A model generated the notes under the pieces. It worked only from the letters and a program-made list of their open reading frames with translations. It was not told the origin of the DNA and searched no databases. A stretch of DNA of 64,000 nt from Bradyrhizobium sp. (lineage in GTDB: Bacteria; Pseudomonadota; Alphaproteobacteria; Rhizobiales; Xanthobacteraceae): the NCBI GenBank assembly GCA_045811665.1, contig JBJMTO010000197.1:6613-70612 (forward strand), written 5' to 3'. Positions 50,937-59,738 of this stretch are shown here, in pieces (the stretch's first letter is position 1; every line of letters starts with the position of its first letter). A program made the position numbers and the translations under genes.

Positions 50937-51707
50937 CTATCCCATGATCGAAAAGCCGCCATCGACGGGGATCGCGGTGCCGGTCACGAATTCAGAAGCT
51001 CGGGAGGCTAGAAAGACCGCGATGCCGGCGAAGTCGGCCGACACGCCCCAGCGCGATGCCGGGGTGCGCGCGAGGACCCTGTCGTGCAACCCGCCGATCT
51101 GCTCGCGCGCGCGCTTTGTCAGATCGGTATCGATCCAGCCTGGCAGCACCGCATTGACCTGGATGTTGTCGGTCGCCCATGCACACGCGCAGGAGCGCGT
51201 GAACTGAACGATGCCGCCCTTGCTCGCGGCATAGGCCGGCGTAAAGCTGGCGCCGAAAATCGACATCATCGAACCGATGTTGATGATCTTGCCGCCACCG
51301 GCGGCTTTCATGGCTGGGTAAGCCGCCTTCGAGCACAGGAACGCACTGGTCAGGTTCGTCTTGATGACGCTGTCCCACTCATCGAGTTCGAGCGCATCCG
51401 GTGGCTTGCGAATGTTGATACCGGCGTTGTTGACGAGAATATCGAGCCGGCCAAGCTCGCGTACGGTCCGCTCGATCATCGCGGCGACGGCTGCCTTGTC
51501 GGTCACATCGGCGGTGATCGAGATTGCCCGGACGCCGCAGGCTTTGAGATCGGTAACTGCGGACGACGACTTGGCTTCATTTCGTCCGACCACGACGATA
51601 TCAGCGCCGGCCTCGGCAAGTCCGCGCGCGATGCCCAATCCAATGCCGCCATTGCCGCCGGTAACAATGGCTACCTTTCCGGTAAGGTCGAAGAGACCGC
51701 TTTTCAT
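50937..51707 (-). CDS. SDR-family oxidoreductase (KduD-like)
   Basis: TGGNGGIG, NNAG and YAASK motifs. Confidence 0.92.
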   Translation of the reverse strand: MKSGLFDLTGKVAIVTGGNGGIGLGIARGLAEAGADIVVVGRNEAKSSSAVTDLKACGVRAISITADVTDKAAVAAMIERTVRELGRLDILVNNAGINIRKPPDALELDEWDSVIKTNLTSAFLCSKAAYPAMKAAGGGKIINIGSMMSIFGASFTPAYAASKGGIVQFTRSCACAWATDNIQVNAVLPGWIDTDLTKRAREQIGGLHDRVLARTPASRWGVSADFAGIAVFLASRASEFVTGTAIPVDGGFSIMG

Positions 51708-51727
51708 GATTCATTCCTGACGACTAT

Positions 51728-51913
51728 TTAGCGCTTGCTCTGCCAGATCAGAATCAAACCGACCGCAGCGAGCGCCGCCCCGTAGCCGGCCCATTGCAGT
51801 TGCCTGATCATGAAGCTCGATTGCGGCCAGTCGATCGTGCCCGTGCCCTGACCAATCCACAACAGCCCGATCGCGAGCGCAACAAGACCGAGGATCAGAA
51901 GTAGTCTACGCAT
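51728..51913 (-). CDS. Small two-TM membrane protein
   Basis: MRRLLLILGL...WIGQGTG...SSFMI...; GGGGA RBS. Confidence 0.75.
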   Translation of the reverse strand: MRRLLLILGLVALAIGLLWIGQGTGTIDWPQSSFMIRQLQWAGYGAALAAVGLILIWQSKR

Positions 51914-52033
51914 TCGGACATCCCCAATCGCGCGCACGCGCGGCCATTTTGCACCCGGACTCAGAGTGGCGCGAGGCCCGAGCTGGCGCAAGAGCAGGGT
52001 GGAGGTTTGAGCGATGCGCATTCAACGGCGCAC

Positions 52034-52063
52034 AAAAAAGCCCCGGACGATGCCGGGGCTTTT
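52034..52063 (-). terminator. Intrinsic (possibly bidirectional) terminator after OMP 1
   Basis: A6-GCCCCGG-ACGATG-CCGGGGC-T4. Confidence 0.85.
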
Positions 52064-52086
52064 GAGTAGCTGGAGCTTAGCTCAGA

Positions 52087-52890
52087 TCAGTACCGGGCAC
52101 CACCGACGCCGCTCCAGTTGAAGCGGTAGACCAGCTCGCTGCGAACGGTGTGGACGAATTTCTTGGAGTCGATCGTATCGCCAAGCAAACCACCACCTGG
52201 GAACACTCGGAGGGGATTGCTTGCGACATCGAACTCGGAGAAGCGGTATTCGGTTTTCCAAAACAGGCCCGGGACGAAGCTGAGCGCATATTCGTCGCCA
52301 GCGCCAAGGAACCAGCCTTTATAGGTTCGCTTGTCTATGAAAGCGAACGGGCCACCGGGCTGGATCGGAAATGCGACGCTGCTAAAGTCCGTCCGGTCGA
52401 AGGTCGCTTCGGTATAACCACCCGAGAAGTAGACCAGAAGGCTCGGAAGTGCCACCCAACCAATCCGGCCACCCACAGCCCACGCTGAGCTCATCTTCTC
52501 GTGGCCGATCAATCCAGGGAAAGGACCGACGTCGCCTTTAAGATCGGCGAAATCGTAATCGGCGAACGCGCCGAGCACGATGCCGCCCCCCCCTAAAAAC
52601 CCGCCGGCCGAGAGTTGATAATCGCAACCGCCCTGGACCGTGCCGAACCAACCCCGGCCGCCCTCAGTTGTTGTCCGCAACGCTTGAATGCGCGGCGGAC
52701 CGTCGATAAACACTGTATTTTCCTGATTCCAGAGGCCATAGCCACCGCCGCCGCCGATGTAACACCCGGTGAACGACGGTGCATACGCGACTGGGGCTGC
52801 CATCATGGGCGCCTTCGCTGCCATGTCAGCGGCGAGAGCCGGGGCCGTGAACGCCGCAACGGCGGCCAGAGCAAGTACCATTCTTTTCAT
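52087..52890 (-). CDS. Outer-membrane beta-barrel protein (Omp25/RopB-like)
   Basis: Signal peptide ALA-ADM; alternating beta-strands; ends YRFNW...ARY. Confidence 0.9.
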   Translation of the reverse strand: MKRMVLALAAVAAFTAPALAADMAAKAPMMAAPVAYAPSFTGCYIGGGGGYGLWNQENTVFIDGPPRIQALRTTTEGGRGWFGTVQGGCDYQLSAGGFLGGGGIVLGAFADYDFADLKGDVGPFPGLIGHEKMSSAWAVGGRIGWVALPSLLVYFSGGYTEATFDRTDFSSVAFPIQPGGPFAFIDKRTYKGWFLGAGDEYALSFVPGLFWKTEYRFSEFDVASNPLRVFPGGGLLGDTIDSKKFVHTVRSELVYRFNWSGVGGARY

Positions 52891-53140
52891 CGTCAATCCC
52901 TCATTTAAAAGCGTTCAGCCCGATCGCGTGAAAGGGGGTGGAAATCAGAGAATCTCAAGGAACGTTCGAGGACTATACCGGCTTCGATCTGAAATGCTGT
53001 TGCCGGGCGGGCACACCCAATGGAAAACGTCCGTATAATTACGGATGTGCAAGGGTTGAATGGACACGAGGGGGAGTTGCAGAATGTCTATGCAATGCTC
53101 AGGCCCCGGGCCGAGCCTTTTAGAGAGCACCACGAACGAG

Positions 53141-53165
53141 AAAGCCCCGGACGATGCCGGGGCTT
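53141..53165 (-). terminator. Terminator hairpin after OMP 2
   Basis: Identical 25 nt to 52037-52061. Confidence 0.75.
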
Positions 53166-53186
53166 CAAGTTTTAGCTCGCAATCGG

Positions 53187-53999
53187 TTACTTCGCCGGCA
53201 CGACCGGACCGCCCCAATTGAAGCGATAAACCAGTTCCGTTGTCGCGGCCTGTTCGTAAACGTGATTTCGATCAAGCGAGTGAACAGTGCCCGCCGTGCC
53301 ACAAGTTCCGCTCACAAGGCACCTTTGAGAATCGGTTCGGCTACCGAAGTCCGAGAAACGAACCTCGCTCTTCCAGAACAGGCCTGGGAGTTGAGTGATC
53401 GCGTATTCAGTGCCCGCCCCGAGAAAGTAGCCATTCATGCGCCGACTATCCAGCACGGGTCCGCCCGGCGCTCCGTCAGAAGCCACAACGTAGTTGGCCC
53501 GCTCGAAGTTTGCTTGAGTGAATCCGCCATTAAAGTAAGTGAGCAGTCCGGGAAGGGCTACGTAGCCAACGCGGCCACCTACGCTCCACGACCAATCATT
53601 CTTGATCTGTCCACTATATCCCTGCGTCGGGCCGCTACAAATGCCGGGGCAGGTGAACGAATTCTGGCCCTTGATGTCCGACCACTGCGCGTCCGCAAAG
53701 GCGCCGATTACAAAATTGCCGATGAACTGATGATCGTATCCCAGGCCTACTTTGCCAAGCCAACCCTTGCCACCGGTGTCATGCCCGGAATCAAAAACCG
53801 TTGTGCCCGCGACGCTAGTGACGGACGTGTTGTACTCCATCATTCCAAAACCGAAGCCGCCGGAAACCCATAGGCCAGTCCAACTCGGCGCCATCATCAG
53901 AGCAGGTGCCTTGGAGTAAGCGCGCGGCGCCATGTCGGCCGCCACAGCCGATCCGGTGAATGCTGCTACTATGGCGAGAGCGAGTCCTAGCTTTTTCAT
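53187..53999 (-). CDS. Outer-membrane beta-barrel protein (Omp25/RopB-like), paralogue
   Basis: Signal peptide AVA-ADM; shares PGLFWK and ELVYRFNW with its neighbour. Confidence 0.9.
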   Translation of the reverse strand: MKKLGLALAIVAAFTGSAVAADMAPRAYSKAPALMMAPSWTGLWVSGGFGFGMMEYNTSVTSVAGTTVFDSGHDTGGKGWLGKVGLGYDHQFIGNFVIGAFADAQWSDIKGQNSFTCPGICSGPTQGYSGQIKNDWSWSVGGRVGYVALPGLLTYFNGGFTQANFERANYVVASDGAPGGPVLDSRRMNGYFLGAGTEYAITQLPGLFWKSEVRFSDFGSRTDSQRCLVSGTCGTAGTVHSLDRNHVYEQAATTELVYRFNWGGPVVPAK

Positions 54000-54217
54000 T
54001 TGCCATCCCTTTATCAGCGGCCGGACCCAATCGCGCTGCAAACGCAAATGCAGGGAATCTCAACCTAAGGTGACCTTAGCAGGTACCGCCGCCAATGCTG
54101 TTGCAGGGATGTTACACCTTACTAAAAAACGTGTGTTAAACAGCTAATTCGGCTGGCTGGGACCCGGCTTGCATTTGGCGCGTGCGTCGAGGGATCGTGA
54201 GGTTTGTCGGCGCTGGG

Positions 54218-56272
54218 CTACACGTCCAGCAGGTCGTCGCTGGCGAATTCCGCCTTGTCGGAAATGAAGGCGAAACGCGCCTCGGCCTTGGTGCCCATCA
54301 GGCGCTCCACCGAATCGGCCGTACCCTCGCGGTCGTCGGCCAACAGCACGACCCGAAGCAGGGATCGCTTCGCCGGGTCCATGGTGGTCTGCTTGAGCTG
54401 CGCCGGCATCATTTCGCCCAACCCTTTGAAGCGGCCGATCTCGACCTTGGCGTTGGCGTTGAATTCGCTCTTAAGGAGGGCGTCCTTATGGGCATCGTCG
54501 CGGGCATACACGGTCTTGCCGCCATGGTTCAGGCGGTACAGCGGCGGCACGGCGAGATAGAGGTGCCCCTCGTCAATGAGCCGGGGCATCTGCCGATAAA
54601 AAAACGTGATCAGGAGCGAGGCGATATGCGCGCCGTCGACGTCAGCGTCCGTCATGATGACGATCCGGGAGTAGCGTAAATCTTCCTCGCGGTAGTGCGC
54701 TCCCGTGCCGCAACCCATGGCCTGCACAAGGTCTGCAAGTTGCGCGTTCGCCGTTAGCTTGTCCTTGGTCGCGGATGCGACGTTCAATATTTTTCCACGC
54801 AACGGCAGGACCGCTTGGGTTTGGCGGTCGCGGGCCTGCTTAGCGCTGCCGCCGGCCGAGTCGCCTTCCACAATGAACAGTTCCGAGCCCTCGGCCGCGG
54901 TGTTGATGCAATCCGACAGCTTGCCTGGCAGACGGAGTCTCTTGACTGCGGTCTTGCGTGCAATCTCTTTTTCGGCGCGGCGCCGCAGCCGCTCGTCCGC
55001 CCGATCGACCACGAAATCGAGCAGCCTATTCGCGTGCGCCGGGTTGCCCGAAAGCCAATGGTCGAACGGATCCTTGATGGCCTGCTCGACGATCCGTTGC
55101 GCTTCGGCGGTCGCAAGACGGTCCTTGGTCTGGCCCTGGAATTCAGGTTCTCGCACGAAGACCGAAAGCATCACCGCCGCGCCAACCATGACGTCCTCTG
55201 AAACGACATTCGCCGCGCGCTTGCCTTGACCGACCCGCTCCGCATGATCTTTCAAGCCGCGCAACATCGCGCTTCGCATTCCGGACTCGTGGGTGCCGCC
55301 GTCCTGCGTAGGCACGGTGTTGCAGTAAGAGGAGAGAAATCCGTCGGCGTCCGCCGTCCACGCTACAGCCCACTCGCAGGAGCCGTGAGCGCCGACGCGT
55401 CCCGACTTGCCGGAGAAAATTTCGGGGTGCACCAGGGTGTCATTATGGATCGCGGCCGCGAGGAAGTCCTTCAGCCCGCCCGGGAAATGAAAACTGTCCT
55501 CCGCGGGCACATCCTCCAACCCCTTCAACAAAGCAGGGTCGCAATGCCAGCGGATTTCGACACCGCCAAATAGATAGGCCTTGGAGCGTGCCATCTTGAA
55601 GAGGCGCTGCGGTTTGAAGGAAGCCTTCGCGCCAAAAATATCCGGGTCCGGCTTGAACCGGATCCTGGTGCCGCGTCGGTTGTTGATCTTACCGAGATCC
55701 TCAAGCTTGCCTTTGGGGTGACCGCGCTCGAACGCCATCCGAAACAGCTTTTGGCCGCGGGCAACCTCTACTTCCAGGCGCGACGAAAGAGCATTTACCA
55801 CCGATACGCCGACGCCATGCAGTCCGCCCGACGTCTCGTAAACCTTCGAGTCGAACTTGCCGCCGGAATGCAGCGTGCACATGATCACTTCGAGCGCAGA
55901 CTTCTTTGGAAATTTCGGATGCGGATCGACCGGAATGCCCCGGCCGTTGTCGGTAACGGTCAAGAACCCGTCCGCGCTCAACTCCACTTCGATAAAGGAC
56001 GCGTGTCCGGCCAACGCTTCGTCCATCGCGTTGTCGATCACTTCGGCGAACAGGTGATGCAGCGCCTTTTCATCGGTGCCGCCGATGTACATCCCGGGCC
56101 GGCGCCGTACCGGTTCGAGGCCTTCCAGCACTTCGATGTCTCGGGCGGTGTAGCCGGCTTCCGCGCTGGAGCCGCGCGCCGGCATCTTCAGTGGCCGGCC
56201 TTGCGGTTCTGAAGCGCCAAAAAGGTCACTGGCGGGTTTGTTTTTGATAGGCAATTTCAAAGGTTTGGGCAT
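54218..56272 (-). CDS. parE: DNA topoisomerase IV subunit B
   Basis: LEPVRRRPGMYIG, EGDSAGG, PLRGKILN, DADVDG and RFKGLGEM motifs; lacks the GyrB insert. Confidence 0.93.
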   Translation of the reverse strand: MPKPLKLPIKNKPASDLFGASEPQGRPLKMPARGSSAEAGYTARDIEVLEGLEPVRRRPGMYIGGTDEKALHHLFAEVIDNAMDEALAGHASFIEVELSADGFLTVTDNGRGIPVDPHPKFPKKSALEVIMCTLHSGGKFDSKVYETSGGLHGVGVSVVNALSSRLEVEVARGQKLFRMAFERGHPKGKLEDLGKINNRRGTRIRFKPDPDIFGAKASFKPQRLFKMARSKAYLFGGVEIRWHCDPALLKGLEDVPAEDSFHFPGGLKDFLAAAIHNDTLVHPEIFSGKSGRVGAHGSCEWAVAWTADADGFLSSYCNTVPTQDGGTHESGMRSAMLRGLKDHAERVGQGKRAANVVSEDVMVGAAVMLSVFVREPEFQGQTKDRLATAEAQRIVEQAIKDPFDHWLSGNPAHANRLLDFVVDRADERLRRRAEKEIARKTAVKRLRLPGKLSDCINTAAEGSELFIVEGDSAGGSAKQARDRQTQAVLPLRGKILNVASATKDKLTANAQLADLVQAMGCGTGAHYREEDLRYSRIVIMTDADVDGAHIASLLITFFYRQMPRLIDEGHLYLAVPPLYRLNHGGKTVYARDDAHKDALLKSEFNANAKVEIGRFKGLGEMMPAQLKQTTMDPAKRSLLRVVLLADDREGTADSVERLMGTKAEARFAFISDKAEFASDDLLDV

Positions 56273-56487
56273 GTCATTTCATGTAAGCAGCGCGGCCGCG
56301 CGGTGCGAATCGGTCCGCCTGACTATGCCACGGTTGGGCTCAAAAGGTGACCGAACGAGCACCCGTGACTGGCACCAGCCGTGTTTTTCGCTTCGAACAC
56401 GAACTTTTCGTGCTAAGCGCGAGAGTTTTCTTGCTTTCAGCCTTAGATTGCGAAACGGTTCTTTGTGGGTGGTTGGGGAATCAGCGC

Positions 56488-56916
56488 ATGCGACTCTTGA
56501 TGACCGTGGTGCTAAGCCCCACCGTGGTTGGCTGTGCCGGTCGAGCGCCAGCGCCCGTTGCTGTTGTCCAAGCAACGGACCGCTACATGGATTGCGCCGC
56601 GATTTTGGCTGAGGTCACCGCCAACAATGAGAAAGTAAAGCAACTCGCATCCGACAAGGGGCTGAAGACGACACAAAATGTGGCGGCGGGAGTCGCCGGT
56701 TTGTTCATTCCCGTGCTTTGGTTCGGAATGGATTTCCAAGGTACGGCTGACACTGAAATCGCTGCACTCCAGAACCGCCAGCAGTACCTGTCTACGATGG
56801 CCGATCAGAAACGATGCGGCGCAGAACCGGAACCCTTGCCACCCCCGGCGAGGACGAAGCGAACCGCCAAACCTTCACAGCCACCGCCGTTGGCAGAGAC
56901 GCGATCCAAGCAGTAG
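56488..56916 (+). CDS. Putative lipoprotein, hypothetical
   Basis: Lipobox-like VVG-C, two further Cys and a Pro-rich tail. Confidence 0.7.
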   Translation: MRLLMTVVLSPTVVGCAGRAPAPVAVVQATDRYMDCAAILAEVTANNEKVKQLASDKGLKTTQNVAAGVAGLFIPVLWFGMDFQGTADTEIAALQNRQQYLSTMADQKRCGAEPEPLPPPARTKRTAKPSQPPPLAETRSKQ

Positions 56917-57099
56917 ATGGGCCGGCTCAGCTCGCTCCCGGACCTCGTTCGTTTGGTTGTCTGCAAGGCCATCCGGACAGCCGAGGCCATGTCGTCGCCT
57001 TTGTGACTTGATGTAACTAAGGGCGCTGGCGTACCTGTTCCGAGGCATCGGATCCGCAGGAGGGTTCAACGCTTAATTCGCGGGGGAAGGGCGTTCGGA

Positions 57100-57630
57100 A
57101 TGGAAGATTTTGCGCGCGCCCTGGCCGATCTGGTCCGCGACCATCAGGTCTGGGCGGCACCGATCGTTCTGCTGCTTGCGTTCGGCGAGTCGCTCGCCTT
57201 CATTTCACTACTGGTTCCAGCATGGGGAGCGCTGGTTGCGATCGGCGCGTTGATCGGGGTGAGCGGGATCAGCGTCTGGCCCGTCTGGATTGCCGGAGCG
57301 ATCGGTGCGGCGCTCGGTGATTGGGTCTCGTACTGGTTTGGTTTTCGCTACAAGGAACAGGTGGCGCAGATCTGGCCGCTGTCGCGTTATCCGGAGATAC
57401 TGCCGCGCGGTGAGGCCTTTGTGAAACGCTGGGGCGTTCCCAGCATCTTCATCGGCCGCTTTTTCGGACCACTACGGGCGTCCGTGCCGCTCGCGGCCGG
57501 CATATTCGAGATGCCTTACTGGCCGTTTCAGATCGCCAATTTCGTCTCCGCGCTGGTCTGGTCAGCCGCCCTGCTGCTCTTCGGCGACGTCATTGGGGAG
57601 GCTCTCCAGTGGCTTTGGCGCGCCGTCTAG
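57100..57630 (+). CDS. DedA-family membrane protein
   Basis: ESLA...P, GDWVSYWFG and GRFFGPLR motifs. Confidence 0.92.
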   Translation: MEDFARALADLVRDHQVWAAPIVLLLAFGESLAFISLLVPAWGALVAIGALIGVSGISVWPVWIAGAIGAALGDWVSYWFGFRYKEQVAQIWPLSRYPEILPRGEAFVKRWGVPSIFIGRFFGPLRASVPLAAGIFEMPYWPFQIANFVSALVWSAALLLFGDVIGEALQWLWRAV

Positions 57631-57791
57631 GTGGTGCGTCGGAATAAGGGCGATGCCGGGGTGTTGGTCCACTTGACTACCGGGGCCGACGTCGCGCCGA
57701 CATGATCGCGTGGCAGCAGGAAATCTGGTAAAAACCGCCCCGTCATATGCCAAGAAGCGGGGAATCCGCATCACATCTATGGGAGAGCATC

Positions 57792-58781
57792 ATGGAATTG
57801 ACACGACGTCACGCACTTGCCGGGGCCGCTGCGCTCGCAGCCACCCCCTTGCTGCCAACCGCGCCTGCCGGAGCGGCAGTGCCGCTCGCCGACAAGCAGG
57901 CGCCCAGCTTCTATCGCTACAAGGTTGGCGAGGCACAGGTGAACGCTATTTCGGATGGCGTGAATACTTTCCCGCTCCCCGATACGTTGGTCCTCAATGC
58001 CAAAAAAGACGAAGTCAACGCCGCGCTCGATAAGGCTTTCCTGCCGAAAGACAAGATGAGCGTCCATTTCGCGCCGCTGGTCATCAATACCGGGGGCAAG
58101 CTGGTCATCGTCGATACCGGCAACGGCCCTGGCGCTTTTGCATCCAGCAAGGGCAATGTCGGACAATTCGCAAACAACATGGCGGCAGCGGGCTTCGACC
58201 CGAAAGCCGTCGATATGGTGGTGATCTCTCACTTCCATGGCGACCACATCAACGGCCTGCTTACGGCGGACAATGTTCTGGCCTTCCCGAATGCTGAAGT
58301 GTTGGTGCCTGCCGCCGAGTGGAAGTACTTCATGGATGACGGCGAGATGAGCCGCCAGACCACCGAGCGCATGCAGGGCGTGTTCAAGAACGCGCGCCGG
58401 GTTTTCGAAGCCGGCCTCAAGAAGAAGGTCACCCCTTACGAGTGGGGCAAGGACGTCGCTCCCGGACTGGCAGCGGTGTCTACCGTCGGTCACACCCCGG
58501 GACACACCTCGTTCGTGCTGTCCTCCGGCTCGGACAAGCTGTTCATCCAGTCCGACGTGACCAACCACCCGTCATTGTTCGTCGCCAACCCAGGCTGGCA
58601 CCTGATGTTCGATCAGGACCCCACCATGGCTGAGGCGACCCGGCGCAAGGTCTATGACATGCTTGTCGCGGACCGGATGCGCGTCCAGGGCTTCCACTAT
58701 CCGTTCCCGGCCAACGGCTATGTCGAGAAGGACGGTAATGGGTACCGGCTGGTCCCGGCGCCCTGGAGCCCTGTGATCTGA
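57792..58781 (+). CDS. Tat-exported MBL-fold metallohydrolase
   Basis: TRRHAL twin-arginine signal; HFHGDH and GHTPGH motifs. Confidence 0.92.
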   Translation: MELTRRHALAGAAALAATPLLPTAPAGAAVPLADKQAPSFYRYKVGEAQVNAISDGVNTFPLPDTLVLNAKKDEVNAALDKAFLPKDKMSVHFAPLVINTGGKLVIVDTGNGPGAFASSKGNVGQFANNMAAAGFDPKAVDMVVISHFHGDHINGLLTADNVLAFPNAEVLVPAAEWKYFMDDGEMSRQTTERMQGVFKNARRVFEAGLKKKVTPYEWGKDVAPGLAAVSTVGHTPGHTSFVLSSGSDKLFIQSDVTNHPSLFVANPGWHLMFDQDPTMAEATRRKVYDMLVADRMRVQGFHYPFPANGYVEKDGNGYRLVPAPWSPVI

Positions 58782-58791
58782 TGATCTGCAA

Positions 58792-58822
58792 TCCCGGGGC
58801 GACATCAGACGTCGCCCCGGGA
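58792..58822 (+). terminator. 12-bp hairpin after the MBL gene
   Basis: TCCCGGGGCGAC / GTCGCCCCGGGA perfect stem, without an adjacent U tract. Confidence 0.55.
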
Positions 58823-58853
58823 CGGCCTCCTTTGCAATAAGCGATCGAGCATC

Positions 58854-58882
58854 TTGACGACGAACGGGCGCGGCCTTATAGC
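58854..58882 (+). promoter_or_regulatory. Sigma70-type promoter of the leader-paiB-argC unit
   Basis: cTTGACG-N17-TATAGC; predicted start site at about 58889. Confidence 0.75.
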
Positions 58883-58888
58883 CGCGCC

Positions 58889-58963
58889 ATGATCAACGCA
58901 GTGACCATTGTCATCGCTCGCCGCCGCCGCACCTCAGCGGTTTGGGCCGATATCTGCGTTTAA
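58889..58963 (+). CDS. Putative leaderless leader peptide MINAVTIVIARRRRTSAVWADICV
   Basis: ATG 7 nt after the -10 box; four tandem CGC codons at 58919-58930; lies upstream of the argC unit. Confidence 0.7.
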   Translation: MINAVTIVIARRRRTSAVWADICV

Positions 58964-59054
58964 GATTTCAGCCTTCGCCGCCGGATCCACTCCGCGGCTT
59001 CTCTCCCCAAACGCGGTTTCATCTGGCGGCTCCTACTTCAAGCAGGAGTTTGAG

Positions 59055-59738
59055 ATGTACACGCCTCCCGTATTCAAGCCGGATCGAGCCGCTAGTCTCG
59101 CGTTCGCCCAGGCGCGCGGATTTGGAACTGTCACGGCGTGGAACGGCACGAGGCCGATTGCATCGCCGCTGCCGTTTGACCTTACTTACGGGGAGGACGG
59201 CGCGCCGAAGGTCGCTTTTCACCTCGCGCGCCACAATCCACTCGCGAAGCTCGCCGACGGTAAATCGCCTTGGTTGATTGGGGTTGGCGGCGCCGATGCC
59301 TATGTTTCGGCTGACTGGTACACCTCGGCGGAACAAGTGCCGACCTGGCTTTATCAGGCCGTGCATCTCGCGGGTCCTGTGCGCATGCTGCCCGATGATC
59401 AACTCGCCGCGCATTTGGATGCGCTCAGCGCAAGGTTTGAAGGTTGGCTGGCGCCCAAGCCGCCTTGGACGGTGTCGAAGATAACTGGCGCTCGTTTCGC
59501 TGCGCTGAAGAAGGCGATTGTAGGCTTCGTGATGTCGGTGGATGAGGTGGAGGGCAGCTTCAAGCTCAACCAGCACAAGTCCGACGCCGATCACGTGACT
59601 GTTGCCGCCGCGCTGGTATCGGGGAACGAGGCTGGCGCGCGATCGATTGGAGAACAGATGGTCGCTCTGCGGCCGCAGTTGAACTACAACTCACCTGCGA
59701 GCGCCGGTGAACCCGCGGATGAAAGGAACGCGCTATGA
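59055..59738 (+). CDS. PaiB-family protein ('FMN-binding negative transcriptional regulator')
   Basis: [25 protein letters not shown] and KLNQ motifs; AGGAG RBS. Confidence 0.88.
   Translation: MYTPPVFKPDRAASLAFAQARGFGTVTAWNGTRPIASPLPFDLTYGEDGAPKVAFHLARHNPLAKLADGKSPWLIGVGGADAYVSADWYTSAEQVPTWLYQAVHLAGPVRMLPDDQLAAHLDALSARFEGWLAPKPPWTVSKITGARFAALKKAIVGFVMSVDEVEGSFKLNQHKSDADHVTVAAALVSGNEAGARSIGEQMVALRPQLNYNSPASAGEPADERNAL

Noticed and set aside
57015-57041. GGAAC...AGTT EcfG-like motif on the minus strand
   Set aside because: Spacer too long, and no downstream gene on that strand nearby.
58908-59054. ORF-track N-terminal extension of the PaiB protein from TTG 58908
   Set aside because: No RBS there; the family-like start MYTP has AGGAG at 59044; the region is better explained as leader.
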